Below are positions 9,758 through 19,427 of a DNA stretch of 64,000 nt, one piece after another (position 1 is the stretch's first letter; every line of letters begins with the position of its first letter). The position numbers were made by a program, and so were the translations under genes. Where the stretch lies: positions 64,001-128,000 of IMG/VR virus record IMGVR_UViG_3300025015_000010; one strand, written 5' to 3'. The notes under the pieces are model-generated. The model had not been told where the DNA came from. It ran no database searches and was given only the letters and a program-made list of their open reading frames with translations. This DNA is from a virus.

Positions 9758-10414
9758 ATCAAATACCCGCGTACACCATATCTAACCTGTTCACCTACAA
9801 TCGACGAATCCGACCGACTTACGGTCGATCTCGCTTGCCTCTGTAACAAGCCTTTGGTCGCAACGATCAAGCTTGACGGCTCCAATGTGCAGCTGACTTG
9901 GAATCATGTCGCCGCCCGTAACGGGGCCACAGCCAACCATCCTAGTTTCAATATGTTAAAGCAGATCCATGCCCAAATCAGGAATCAGATTCCTGAGAAT
10001 GTAACGGTCTATGCTGAGTGGTGTTATGCTAAGCACAGCATTCACTACACAGGTGAATTGGCACTTAGGTCGTTGCTTCGTTTGTTTGGTGTTCATGATG
10101 ATAGTCAAAAATTCTGGTATAGTTGGCAGGACGTAGAAGCCCTGTCTTTGAGCCTCGGATTAGATACTGTTCCCGTTATTGGGAAATTTTCTTTCAATTT
10201 TCCCGCCGAAGTGGTCGCAGAAAGTGGTAGACTACAGTATGGAATTATGTCTAAAGGACATGAGGGATTCGTGTTCAGATCCGCAGGCATGATTCCAGAC
10301 AGCGATTTTTCTACCAATATAGGTAAGTGGGTGCGTCCAAATCATGTCCAGACAGATGACCATTGGTCAAAAAGTTCAATTGTTAAGAACGAAGTCTCAC
10401 CGACAGGTATCTAG
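9758..10414 (+). CDS. RNA-ligase-family nucleotidyltransferase, apparent ATC start
   Basis: KYPRTPYL N-terminus, KLDGSN (motif I), YAEW, EGFVFR, KWVR. Confidence 0.8.
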   Translation: MKYPRTPYLTCSPTIDESDRLTVDLACLCNKPLVATIKLDGSNVQLTWNHVAARNGATANHPSFNMLKQIHAQIRNQIPENVTVYAEWCYAKHSIHYTGELALRSLLRLFGVHDDSQKFWYSWQDVEALSLSLGLDTVPVIGKFSFNFPAEVVAESGRLQYGIMSKGHEGFVFRSAGMIPDSDFSTNIGKWVRPNHVQTDDHWSKSSIVKNEVSPTGI

Positions 10415-11246
10415 GCTGTCAGGTTTATTGGACGTTGTACCCACCGACTTAGATATAAGATTGGGCAATGATTCAGCAGCCAAGGTCGAAAAAGATCTTG
10501 GTGGGTTACTTAATGATCCTAAAATCACCGCCTATGTCTCCGCAGTAGGTAAAAAAGTAGCAGCTAATTCGAAGCTGCCTAATCTTCCTTATTCATTTCA
10601 TGTCATTAATAATAAAGTCATCAATGCCTTTGCATTGCCAGGCGGTCGTGTTTACGTGACCAAAGGGCTATTGGATACTTTGTCTACCGAAGCGCAGCTA
10701 GCCGCTGTCCTGGGGCATGAAATAAGCCATGCAGCAGCCCGTCATGGTATTCAGCAAACTGCGGCTACTCTCGGGCTTAATACTGTGTCACTGGCCTTAG
10801 CTGGCAATAACGCAGCTAAGCAGGCTATGACAGGCGTAGTTAGTAGCCTAGTTACAGCACAGTACAGTCAGAGTCAAGAAAGCGAAGCCGATATCTTAGG
10901 TTTAGATGCCGCTGTAAAATCAGGCTACAACCCGTTTGGTGCAGTCGAGGTTATGCAAATACTGCAAGCTAAAGGTGGTAATCAGAACGTCGATTGGTTT
11001 GCCTCACATCCGCTGACGTCTACTAGGGTAGCCGAGTTGAAAGGAACAATCCTAGGCAGCGGCTATACCAACACAGGCGAAGTCGGCGCAGAACGTTATC
11101 AGGTAATTATGAGTAGAACCGTTGCGGATAAGCCAAGTATTTTTGGATTACCTAGCTGGGTGATGCCGGTGGTGATTGCCATACCATGGACAGTAGTGGT
11201 TGCTGTAGGACTAGCCATGTTTAAAAGGAAGAAGGTGAAAGCGTGA
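10344..11246 (+). CDS. M48 family metallopeptidase with C-terminal TM anchor (start uncertain)
   Basis: NAFALPGG, HEISH, QESEAD, SHP. Hydrophobic tail followed by KRKKVKA. Confidence 0.88.
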   Translation: MSRQMTIGQKVQLLRTKSHRQVSRLSGLLDVVPTDLDIRLGNDSAAKVEKDLGGLLNDPKITAYVSAVGKKVAANSKLPNLPYSFHVINNKVINAFALPGGRVYVTKGLLDTLSTEAQLAAVLGHEISHAAARHGIQQTAATLGLNTVSLALAGNNAAKQAMTGVVSSLVTAQYSQSQESEADILGLDAAVKSGYNPFGAVEVMQILQAKGGNQNVDWFASHPLTSTRVAELKGTILGSGYTNTGEVGAERYQVIMSRTVADKPSIFGLPSWVMPVVIAIPWTVVVAVGLAMFKRKKVKA

Positions 11247-11587
11247 AAACCAATATCGATCTTCTCAGGTTCATGCCTAGGCATGTGCAAACCAGGGATC
11301 AGTATAATGATTCGTGGGTTGTGCAACACATGCAGGCTATCAAATCACCTAAAACACTGCAAGAGCAAGCCTTGGTAAGTTTGCTGTCAGGGCTGCTACT
11401 GTATGCCGACTACCTGGAGTCAGTAGGCTATATTGCAGCCGAAGACGACGCACTAGGTTCTGTGTGGCTCGATATGGCTGACAGGATAAAAGCGTTGCTA
11501 GATGGTGACGTGGGTCGCCTTGATACAGGTGTGCTGCTAGTTATATTGGATCGAGTTAGAGCCAGACAAGGATTTGAGGCTGAATAA
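11243..11587 (+). CDS. Hypothetical protein
   Basis: Coupled ORF. Confidence 0.6.
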   Translation: MKTNIDLLRFMPRHVQTRDQYNDSWVVQHMQAIKSPKTLQEQALVSLLSGLLLYADYLESVGYIAAEDDALGSVWLDMADRIKALLDGDVGRLDTGVLLVILDRVRARQGFEAE

Positions 11588-11617
11588 TGAAAACATCTAG
11601 TTCGGAGGGCAGCAGAC

Positions 11618-11887
11618 GTGTTGACTCTACTGGCCTTCTTTTTTACTGGCTTGATCCAGGATTTTCTTGTAACGCTTAATTGGCGTTATGTTGCTAAGCA
11701 AAAGATCGCGCCAGCAGCATTAATGTCCTGTCTGACAACTTTCGTAGGTATGACTGTATTTTATAACATTATTCATGACAATTGCGGTCTTGTGGTGATT
11801 CTAGTTTATGCTTTGGGCGTTGCTGCTGGGACCGTGATAGCAATGAAGTGCAGGTGGGGATTCAATGACAAAAGCAAGCTTAGATAA
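11618..11887 (+). CDS. Small membrane protein (DUF5698-like)
   Basis: Three hydrophobic segments, YALGVAAGT motif. Confidence 0.6.
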   Translation: MLTLLAFFFTGLIQDFLVTLNWRYVAKQKIAPAALMSCLTTFVGMTVFYNIIHDNCGLVVILVYALGVAAGTVIAMKCRWGFNDKSKLR

Positions 11888-12257
11888 ATTGTTTAAATTG
11901 GCTAACAAGCGATATCCCCATGCAGGCAGCACGGTAAGTGGATTACTAGTTCGTGGGCAGGCCGACAATCAGGAGTCCATCGAAGCTAGTCTGACTGACT
12001 ATAAAATTCTGCCGGGAGTACGTGAAGTTCCAACGGGTGACTTTGACGCCGATCCTAGGCACATGTACTATGATGTCTACGACCTAAAACGATGTGAAGA
12101 ACTGGCGTTGGAAATTAGCATTAAAGGTTGGATTTCGCCTTTGATTGTTGTTATAGACGAGCACGGTCCTTATGTACTGGAAGGCGGTCACAGACTTGGT
12201 GCAATGTATTTATCTGGCACAAAATCATTTCCTGCTTTAGTAGTTGTGGGTGAGTAG
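11865..12257 (+). CDS. ParB/Srx-like protein
   Basis: PLIVV...VLEGGHRLGA...FPALVV. Confidence 0.75.
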   Translation: MTKASLDKLFKLANKRYPHAGSTVSGLLVRGQADNQESIEASLTDYKILPGVREVPTGDFDADPRHMYYDVYDLKRCEELALEISIKGWISPLIVVIDEHGPYVLEGGHRLGAMYLSGTKSFPALVVVGE

Positions 12258-12258
12258 A

Positions 12259-12630
12259 ATGCCACCATACGTTGATAAGTCAATCTATTTTGATTCTGCA
12301 CTGGATAGATTTAGCGAGAATTACCCTGTGTCCGGTTTGATATCAGATTCGTTTCAGATCAATAAAAATTTTATCGCTTTTGTGAATATATACGAGCCAT
12401 TTTCTAGTGGTGCTAAAATTTTTGTAGTGCCAATAAGCGACGCGGATAACTTGCCAACTCGTAGTAAAGATTTAACTGTTAGATGCATAGCAAAATATGC
12501 AATTGGTGGCGTTATTTTGGCGGACTGTACAGTGATATCTATTTTTGCAGACAAATTATGGCAGTCTTTGATGAGATATGGTCAAGTAGTCGATGCCTAT
12601 GATCGGTATTTACTTTTATGCAAGGAGTAA
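12259..12630 (+). CDS. Hypothetical protein
   Basis: Operon ORF. Confidence 0.55.
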   Translation: MPPYVDKSIYFDSALDRFSENYPVSGLISDSFQINKNFIAFVNIYEPFSSGAKIFVVPISDADNLPTRSKDLTVRCIAKYAIGGVILADCTVISIFADKLWQSLMRYGQVVDAYDRYLLLCKE

Positions 12631-12631
12631 T

Positions 12632-13429
12632 ATGCCAACACGGAAGCAAATAAAGGATTTTGAAAAGACCTTGCTATTTCATGGCACAATCGAACCGTTT
12701 GATACTGCGCTCGAACCGCAGAGTCACGGCGGTTGTTTGTGGGTCGCATTTACGTCTACGATAGCTCAGAGTTATATACCAGCGAGTGGCGGGGCACAGT
12801 GGTTAAATATTGATGCACATAGGCTGGACGAGCTTTTGCGGCCAAGTAAAAATAAATTCTGGGTCGCAGTCTATGACTTGATGAGAATAAAACCTAGATC
12901 AGATACTGAGTATGATGCTTGGGACAGATCTACCTTTTGGGCATGGGAAGGTGATCATGCATACTGGCCTACGTACCGAGATGTTGTAGATTTTTTCGAT
13001 AGCATCGGATATTATGGTAAGCGTGATAAGTATAGCTATATATACGAGATTAGGACAGGCTATGCTGATCATCGGGAGATTGTTTATCCGGCAGATTACA
13101 AAAAACCTGGCAGACTGTTTATTTTTTACGGACAAGAGCATTTAAACATTTTGAACATTTCACGCGGAGAGAGCGATTTAACTGATCTACAGTATCATAA
13201 GTACAATGTGTTTAAACAGGCTAAAGAGCAAGGTTATGACGGTGTGAGAATTGATGACTTTGCTCAGAGTAAGATTCACGGTAATTATGGTCATCAAAGC
13301 ATTTGCTTGAATGGCAATGGGCTAAAAAAATTGACCTATGATGTGATTCCAGCAACCAATTACGACGAGGAAGAATGGGCCGATTTTACACCCGAGTTTG
13401 AGCAGTATGCCAGAAAGGTATTGTGGTAG
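12632..13429 (+). CDS. ADP-ribosyltransferase-like protein (ART-PolyVal-like)
   Basis: LFHGT, AQSY, GYDGVRI motifs. Confidence 0.6.
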   Translation: MPTRKQIKDFEKTLLFHGTIEPFDTALEPQSHGGCLWVAFTSTIAQSYIPASGGAQWLNIDAHRLDELLRPSKNKFWVAVYDLMRIKPRSDTEYDAWDRSTFWAWEGDHAYWPTYRDVVDFFDSIGYYGKRDKYSYIYEIRTGYADHREIVYPADYKKPGRLFIFYGQEHLNILNISRGESDLTDLQYHKYNVFKQAKEQGYDGVRIDDFAQSKIHGNYGHQSICLNGNGLKKLTYDVIPATNYDEEEWADFTPEFEQYARKVLW

Positions 13430-13430
13430 A

Positions 13431-14576
13431 ATGCTAACTAATCCGCACGATCTAATTCAATATGGCGTCAATTATCTTATGAAGCAGTCAGAGGATAATT
13501 CTGCTTCAGTAAAGTCATATTTGGCTAAATATGCCAAGACTGATGATCTGAGCTACTTGCAATATGCTATTCAAAAGGCAGGTAACTGTGCAGGTAACTT
13601 TGATGCTAGTATGTGGCTTAGTGAGTTATATGCTTTTATCCACGACCCATATTTTATCGAAGCCGTAGAAAGTCTGTATCAGCAAATAGTGAAGTTTATA
13701 CGTTTGCCGCCAGCCGGTCAGGTGCGTAAGCGGTTTGATGAGGTGATGGCTGCATTTGATATCAATGTTCAAGGGTTGCGTTTGCCGAGAACAAAATACT
13801 ACGAAGAATATGGCGATCCCTTTATGCAGTTTATGGAAGAGTATGCCCGCTATTGGACTTTCTCATCAGCGGCTCACACATTGGAACAAATATTAGCTGC
13901 CGCACGGGCAGATGATGATGTGTCATGGAGTCGAGAACTACAGATGTTAGTATTGAATCGTAGCCGAGATTGGGCCGAGCGAATAACAGACAGGGATCTT
14001 GCTAATATTCTGGACAATATCAATTCGGAAATTTCCGGCCGTGATACTTACGGTCTGCGTAATCAGCAAGGATTTCCAGGAGATGCCACTAAGCTAGTCT
14101 GGAGTAATGGCTCGGCATCGTGGCATATATCCAGGACGCTAGGTACACAGTTATTAGACAAACATGTGTACAACCGCACCAGAGACATTCGACTCGATGC
14201 CAATGAGATCATTGTACCTTATCCGCCAGAAATAGTGGAAATGATACAGTCCTCTTTGTACCCGCTTCCGCTGTATGCATATAGTTTAGAGGGTAAAGGT
14301 CGAGCTAGAGCCAAGCATGCAGGCGAGCCGTTAGTTTCGGACAAGGAAGTCAAGATGATGATCAAATCGACATACAAACAGGCATATGGTGAGGATAAAC
14401 CGTTGCTTGATTATATGATTGACGGCGATTGGGCCAAATTTATGCAGTTCAAATCAGAGTCGTTTGATGAGACAGAACTTGTGGCTTATCTGGAAGACCG
14501 TGTTCGGTACGATGTGATCTATCCAGAATCGTTTAAGGCAAGAATCATTAATTGGTTTTTGAACAGGCAGATGTAA
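13431..14576 (+). CDS. Hypothetical protein
   Basis: Long ORF, no motif recognised. Confidence 0.7.
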   Translation: MLTNPHDLIQYGVNYLMKQSEDNSASVKSYLAKYAKTDDLSYLQYAIQKAGNCAGNFDASMWLSELYAFIHDPYFIEAVESLYQQIVKFIRLPPAGQVRKRFDEVMAAFDINVQGLRLPRTKYYEEYGDPFMQFMEEYARYWTFSSAAHTLEQILAAARADDDVSWSRELQMLVLNRSRDWAERITDRDLANILDNINSEISGRDTYGLRNQQGFPGDATKLVWSNGSASWHISRTLGTQLLDKHVYNRTRDIRLDANEIIVPYPPEIVEMIQSSLYPLPLYAYSLEGKGRARAKHAGEPLVSDKEVKMMIKSTYKQAYGEDKPLLDYMIDGDWAKFMQFKSESFDETELVAYLEDRVRYDVIYPESFKARIINWFLNRQM

Positions 14577-15103
14577 TGCAAAGTAGTTACGGAATAGACA
14601 CTGTGCATGATTGCAAGGATCGTGCAAAGATGACTGGCGCGAGTAATCCGAAGCTGATTAATGAGGGTGGCACCGCTCTTATTTTTTCATCGGACGACTT
14701 GGTTTATAAAGTGTATATGCATGGATTCCTGGAAAATACCTGTTCGGATTTTCTTTGTTTTACTCAGTTGTGGGATCATTATCCAAAATTTAGAAAGCAT
14801 CTTCCGAAAATCTATGCTGTAGATGCTAGGTATAGCGTGATAATTAAGGAATATGTACCTGGAGGTAATTGGCTAGAAGTTAACAATACAGGTAAAATGG
14901 CTATTAAGTACGATACTGTGATAGATGCTATTAAGTCTAAAAGCGCATCACTGGGATGGAGAGTTTTTGACCTGTCAGACCTGAATGTTATTTGGACAGG
15001 CAAAGACTGGGTTGTTATCGATTTTTATGCAGTGCCAGTAACAGAGGAAACTGAGAAGACGGTCATGGATTGTATGCTTAGTGTGAGAAACAATGCCTCC
15101 TAA
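14576..15103 (+). CDS. Minimal protein-kinase-fold enzyme
   Basis: EGGTALIF, VYKV, KEYV, DLSDLNV, VIDF. Paralog of 16652. Confidence 0.7.
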   Translation: MQSSYGIDTVHDCKDRAKMTGASNPKLINEGGTALIFSSDDLVYKVYMHGFLENTCSDFLCFTQLWDHYPKFRKHLPKIYAVDARYSVIIKEYVPGGNWLEVNNTGKMAIKYDTVIDAIKSKSASLGWRVFDLSDLNVIWTGKDWVVIDFYAVPVTEETEKTVMDCMLSVRNNAS

Positions 15104-15608
15104 AGTCAAGTCCGTATACGAAGTATGTCCAGGTTTTGATGTCGAAATGGAAGACATGCTAGCTGATATAGTATCATTTCGTCGCCACAAGCCAGTAAAG
15201 ATTTTGCCTATACAAAAAGGCATAATTGCTGTGGTGATAAAAGATTTCTACCAGTATGGATTTGACTATTCAGTCTGGATTATGACCAAAGAAAATTATA
15301 GCAAGGTAAAAGGTTATTGCAAACTTAGCTATCTTCCTGCTATGGGAATAGTGCAGTTAGATCGTAATAATCGGCGCGTAGCAGACGAGCCCGCATTAGA
15401 CATAGTGAATTCTTACATGTTCCCATTTTATCGCGGACAGGGGATTATGAGAAACGCATACTTAGCTATTATACACTATTTTGGCAGTGTACGAAGCTAT
15501 GCGACACTGTCTAAAGATGCGTGGAATTTGTGGCAGTCATTGATGGATGAGCGGAGCATTAGCGTAGAAGACGATGGCCATCGCTGGCGAGCAGTGAGTC
15601 TAAAATGA
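15093..15608 (+). CDS. GNAT acetyltransferase-like protein
   Basis: YRGQGIM acetyl-CoA motif, LSKDAWNLWQSL. Confidence 0.72.
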   Translation: MPPKVKSVYEVCPGFDVEMEDMLADIVSFRRHKPVKILPIQKGIIAVVIKDFYQYGFDYSVWIMTKENYSKVKGYCKLSYLPAMGIVQLDRNNRRVADEPALDIVNSYMFPFYRGQGIMRNAYLAIIHYFGSVRSYATLSKDAWNLWQSLMDERSISVEDDGHRWRAVSLK

Positions 15609-16225
15609 TCCCAGTTGTTCATTTCTCAAAATCGGCTGGTATATCTGAGGTTAGATCCGGAACTTTTTTCGCGGAGAATCCAGACTCAGTGCCTGTATTA
15701 AGGGCTGGTTTAGGCTCTTATGGTAAAGGTTACGTGTACGAAGCCGAGATAGACCCAATAAGTGCCATGGATCTTCTGGATTGGGAGCTATCTGGTAAGT
15801 TAGTTTGGGGGTCAAAAATATTAAGAGCAGAAATTATTCGCATTATTAACAGCGCTAGGCATAAAGATCACAAGCGCCCCGTAACAGAGATACAAAAGCA
15901 GAAACAGTATTTGCTAGATTCGTATACGGTAATAGATGCCTTTCGAGTTGTGTGGCATTCACTGGATATGGGCACAGATGATGATATAGTGTCTGGTGTG
16001 TGGGATATGTGTTTTGATTATTCGGGAGCAATTAAGGAAATAGTCAAGGTAGCAAAGAAGTATCAAATAGCGTCTTTATGCTACGATACTCAAAAGGATA
16101 AAGCCGAGCGAGTATGGATCGCAATCGATCCGACAGTAGTAAGCAATCTGAGACTAGCAAAGAAGTACGCTGAGTACACAGAAGCAGAACTAGACGAATT
16201 GGGCACAGGAAGGCATCCTGGTTAA
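15605..16225 (+). CDS. Possible ART-fold protein
   Basis: N-terminal VVHFS...GTFFA...YG..YVYEAEI pattern. Confidence 0.4.
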   Translation: MIPVVHFSKSAGISEVRSGTFFAENPDSVPVLRAGLGSYGKGYVYEAEIDPISAMDLLDWELSGKLVWGSKILRAEIIRIINSARHKDHKRPVTEIQKQKQYLLDSYTVIDAFRVVWHSLDMGTDDDIVSGVWDMCFDYSGAIKEIVKVAKKYQIASLCYDTQKDKAERVWIAIDPTVVSNLRLAKKYAEYTEAELDELGTGRHPG

Positions 16226-16247
16226 TTCCAGAGAAAGTAGGTAAGCC

Positions 16248-16652
16248 ATGGACACACGAGAACAGAATAATATTATCAAGCAGATGCGCGGCGAGCAGTG
16301 GAGACAGCAGGACGTTGGTGTATTTGATGAAGATGTAAGAACATTGATTTGGTATGGTCCAGGCGGTGTTGAAGGTGATTGTGCGTCTGAGTTGGAAGAC
16401 GAGGGTGGCTTTTGGCAGTTTAGTAGCTATCAACGTGTTGATGGTTATTTTGACGAGTACGATAAAGATTTTCCGTTCCTTAAAACCACTGTAAGTTTTG
16501 ATACTGTAAGTTTAAAAGATGCTTTAAAATTATTATGTATAAGTACAAAATTAGACAGACTTGGTCTGGCTCTATATGCGGCTGACTATGGCCAGGCAGC
16601 ACTGGCCTATTATGGCAGCAGAGAAGAGATGGTAGAGGATCTACCAAGATAA
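16248..16652 (+). CDS. Hypothetical acidic protein
   Basis: RBS, coupled ORF. Confidence 0.65.
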   Translation: MDTREQNNIIKQMRGEQWRQQDVGVFDEDVRTLIWYGPGGVEGDCASELEDEGGFWQFSSYQRVDGYFDEYDKDFPFLKTTVSFDTVSLKDALKLLCISTKLDRLGLALYAADYGQAALAYYGSREEMVEDLPR

Positions 16653-17164
16653 TGTCACACAGAGAATATGCTGCTAAGAAGAGGGCCAGGTTGGCAGGTG
16701 CAATTAAGCCTATATATGTAGATGAGGGCACACGATCAACTGTGTTCGAATCTAAAGGTTTTGCATATAAAGTCTACAACAAGTATAGCTATTACATGGC
16801 TTGCGCCGAGTTTTTGTGCCTGGGGCAACTCTGGGATCAGTTCCCAGAAGTCAGAAAGCACATACCTCGCATAGAGTTTCTGGATCGTGATAACGTTGTA
16901 CTAGTAAAAGAATTCATTAACGGGACTGTACTTAACGGTATGGATTATAGAATCGACGACGATCCTGGCCAACAAGCTAGGGAGCAAATTAAAGACGCAG
17001 CCAGTCAGCTAGGTTGGTTGGTAATTGATATGGAATATTATAGGAATGTTGTATTTGATGGCGAAAATTGGGTCATTATCGATATGTCACCGATTCCAGA
17101 CAGCGATAGTACACGGCAGCAGTTGAGCGAGTGTACCGCGCAGTTAGCTTTGCCAGAGGATTAG
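16652..17164 (+). CDS. Minimal protein-kinase-fold enzyme
   Basis: EGTRSTVF, AYKV, KEFI, D....NV, IIDM. Paralog of 14576. Confidence 0.7.
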   Translation: MSHREYAAKKRARLAGAIKPIYVDEGTRSTVFESKGFAYKVYNKYSYYMACAEFLCLGQLWDQFPEVRKHIPRIEFLDRDNVVLVKEFINGTVLNGMDYRIDDDPGQQAREQIKDAASQLGWLVIDMEYYRNVVFDGENWVIIDMSPIPDSDSTRQQLSECTAQLALPED

Positions 17165-17165
17165 A

Positions 17166-17903
17166 ATGTCAAAACCATCTTATGCTCTAATCAACATAGC
17201 CCAGAAGTATTGGGAAATGATCGAGGCCTACAGCGATCTACCTTCAGGTCAGTTGCCTACTCGGGAAAACAGCCTGGGATGTGGGTCGTGGGGCTGTGCG
17301 TGGATGTCAGGCGATCCAAGATATGTGATCAAAATCAGCCGTGATCCAACAGAAGGCCCAACAGTAGCCGCGATACAGCATTTTGTAGGCAACCGTCAAG
17401 ATAGTTATCCAGGGTTGGCTATTATCAAGGCAGTTTGGCGGCTACCCGAGAAGATGGTCTACGGGGGTAAATCTCGGGATGTTTATGCTGTAGTGCGAGA
17501 AGCAGTCCAGCCTCTAGACTACCTTGGTTATCGTGGCAGGTCTAATTCAGATGATTATATCATACGTGAGACATCATTAGGCTTAACGCATTTGCGTGAT
17601 TATGTTAATGCAGGCATAGAATATAAGCAAGTGAAGAGAAATAAAGCCTGGTATTTTGATAAAATGAGAGATTCTGCTGTCGAGATGTACAATTACGAGC
17701 CTACCTATTACATAGCCGCAGCCTTAGAAGAACTACTCGATGCGGAAATTACATTGACTGATATACATCAAGGCAACATAGGATATCGTCTGATTGATTG
17801 GGATACAAATGGTAAGTTTGAACTTGCACCAAGCAATAGCCTACTGATCTTTGATTTTGGCCACTCAACTGTGCAGTTTGAAGTTCCTGTTTTGGGCGAG
17901 TGA
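17166..17903 (+). CDS. Ser/Thr-kinase-like protein
   Basis: LGCGSWG, VIKIS, DIHQGN, FDFG. Confidence 0.8.
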   Translation: MSKPSYALINIAQKYWEMIEAYSDLPSGQLPTRENSLGCGSWGCAWMSGDPRYVIKISRDPTEGPTVAAIQHFVGNRQDSYPGLAIIKAVWRLPEKMVYGGKSRDVYAVVREAVQPLDYLGYRGRSNSDDYIIRETSLGLTHLRDYVNAGIEYKQVKRNKAWYFDKMRDSAVEMYNYEPTYYIAAALEELLDAEITLTDIHQGNIGYRLIDWDTNGKFELAPSNSLLIFDFGHSTVQFEVPVLGE

Positions 17904-18631
17904 TGATTCTATATCACGGTACAACGCTTCAGAATCTACAGAGTATTTTAGAACACGGCTTGATAGCTGGTAAGGGAAATAGTCTGCACAGAACAAAGAC
18001 ACGCAGTATGTTGTTTCTTGCAGGCGATATTCAAGGTGCGTTTGTATATGCGTCACCGGATTGTTATGATTCTAGTCGTGCAGATAAGACGCCTGTAGTG
18101 CTCGAAATCATATTGTCAGATGCATCTAAATTAGAACCCGACTATGACGATATAGACATAGGCAGTGTTTTGGATTATTTAAGAGAATTGGCCGAAAGTT
18201 TGGATATAGACCCATTGGAAATCTCACTAGATACGCCACTAGATGATACTTTGTATGAGCGAGTCAGCAGCAGAATATACAGAGACAAGATGGATTACGG
18301 GTATACGGGCATACGAGTTGATACAAATGACAATTTGAGAACTTTGTATGTTGATCCACTTGTATTTTTGTATATTGCATTAGAAGATATAGACCCAGAA
18401 ATTTTGGACGACGGTACTATAGACTGGGAAGATTCAGGCCTACCTGGGCTGTGGACACGTCAGTACAGGTATAACGGTAAAATTCCGACCTCAGACATTA
18501 GAGCAGTATGGTCGCCAGAAGGCGTAGCACCTAGTAATGGGAGATTAATGTCGATCAAGAATTATGCATGCTGGTCCGATGATAGAACAGAGCCACAAAA
18601 GGTTAACATGATAAGAAATTTGGTGTGGTGA
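17900..18631 (+). CDS. ART-fold protein (YHGT / KptA-like)
   Basis: LYHGTTLQNLQSILEHGL, LFLA, YRYNGKIP. Confidence 0.7.
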   Translation: MMILYHGTTLQNLQSILEHGLIAGKGNSLHRTKTRSMLFLAGDIQGAFVYASPDCYDSSRADKTPVVLEIILSDASKLEPDYDDIDIGSVLDYLRELAESLDIDPLEISLDTPLDDTLYERVSSRIYRDKMDYGYTGIRVDTNDNLRTLYVDPLVFLYIALEDIDPEILDDGTIDWEDSGLPGLWTRQYRYNGKIPTSDIRAVWSPEGVAPSNGRLMSIKNYACWSDDRTEPQKVNMIRNLVW

Positions 18632-19395
18632 TGTTCGCTATCCATAGAGTTAACTATGATAACGTGTTGTCAGCCAGCGAGGTAGATGGTGTTGTTCGTG
18701 CTATCGAGCATACAGGATATATCTTGCCCCAGGCCGAGTTAGTTCGTCGAGGACTATCTGGTAATATGTGTTTTGGGTTAGACTACCTGGCAGGTGATTG
18801 CGAGTATGTGTTTTTAAAACCTGTTGCCGAGGATTGGCAAGGTTGGTTGAGACAGTTCAAGATCACGGACGCTTTTGTTTTTGATTTAGATGTGCTGTTT
18901 GAGCAGGGCGCGTTGTACGGATTAAAAGATTTACTGGAAGATTATAAGCGGCTAGCTTATGAAACACTACTAGACAGAATTGGTGTTAGATTCAGCGCGG
19001 CTTATGTGTCTATATTTTTTGATTTACTGTTAGTGGAAATAGACGATGTGCCTATGTCTAGCAGTGCTAAAAGATCCTATAGTCAGATGTCCTACGGTAG
19101 TAAAATGCTACTTGAAGAAGTAGTTGGCGATGTACTTAAGCAGGAATTAGGTAATAAAATACTGGACGGAGTAAGGTCTAGATGCACTGATGCACAAAAT
19201 GCGTCTAGACACGCGTCAAGAACTATTATGAGCAAAGATTTAATCTCGTTAAACAGGTTATTACAAGTAGCAATCAACGAAGATCGGAAATCACCGCACG
19301 TGCTCGCTTCAGAACTATGCTATGAACATGTATTAGGCAGAGAGGTTCTATTTCCAGGCCCGCTGCCAGTCAGCCTTGCAATAAGTTGTCCATGA
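18631..19395 (+). CDS. DarT-like ART paralog 1
   Basis: H..GYILP..DYLAGD.EYVFL..FVFD..DLL..Y..EVLFPGPLP. Confidence 0.6.
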   Translation: MFAIHRVNYDNVLSASEVDGVVRAIEHTGYILPQAELVRRGLSGNMCFGLDYLAGDCEYVFLKPVAEDWQGWLRQFKITDAFVFDLDVLFEQGALYGLKDLLEDYKRLAYETLLDRIGVRFSAAYVSIFFDLLLVEIDDVPMSSSAKRSYSQMSYGSKMLLEEVVGDVLKQELGNKILDGVRSRCTDAQNASRHASRTIMSKDLISLNRLLQVAINEDRKSPHVLASELCYEHVLGREVLFPGPLPVSLAISCP

Positions 19396-19412
19396 TGGTA
19401 GACTTAATATAG
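19396..19412 (+). promoter_or_regulatory. Class-2 promoter, separated from its gene by an IS
   Basis: TGGTAGACTTAATATAG, 16/17 identical to 31568-31584. Confidence 0.6.
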
Positions 19413-19427
19413 GTAAACAGCCCCTGG

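Noticed and set aside
10221-10233. AAAGTGGTAGACT inside the ligase ORF as a class-2 promoter
   Set aside because: Intragenic and lacks the upstream GGAC. It could drive the M48 gene but is unsupported.
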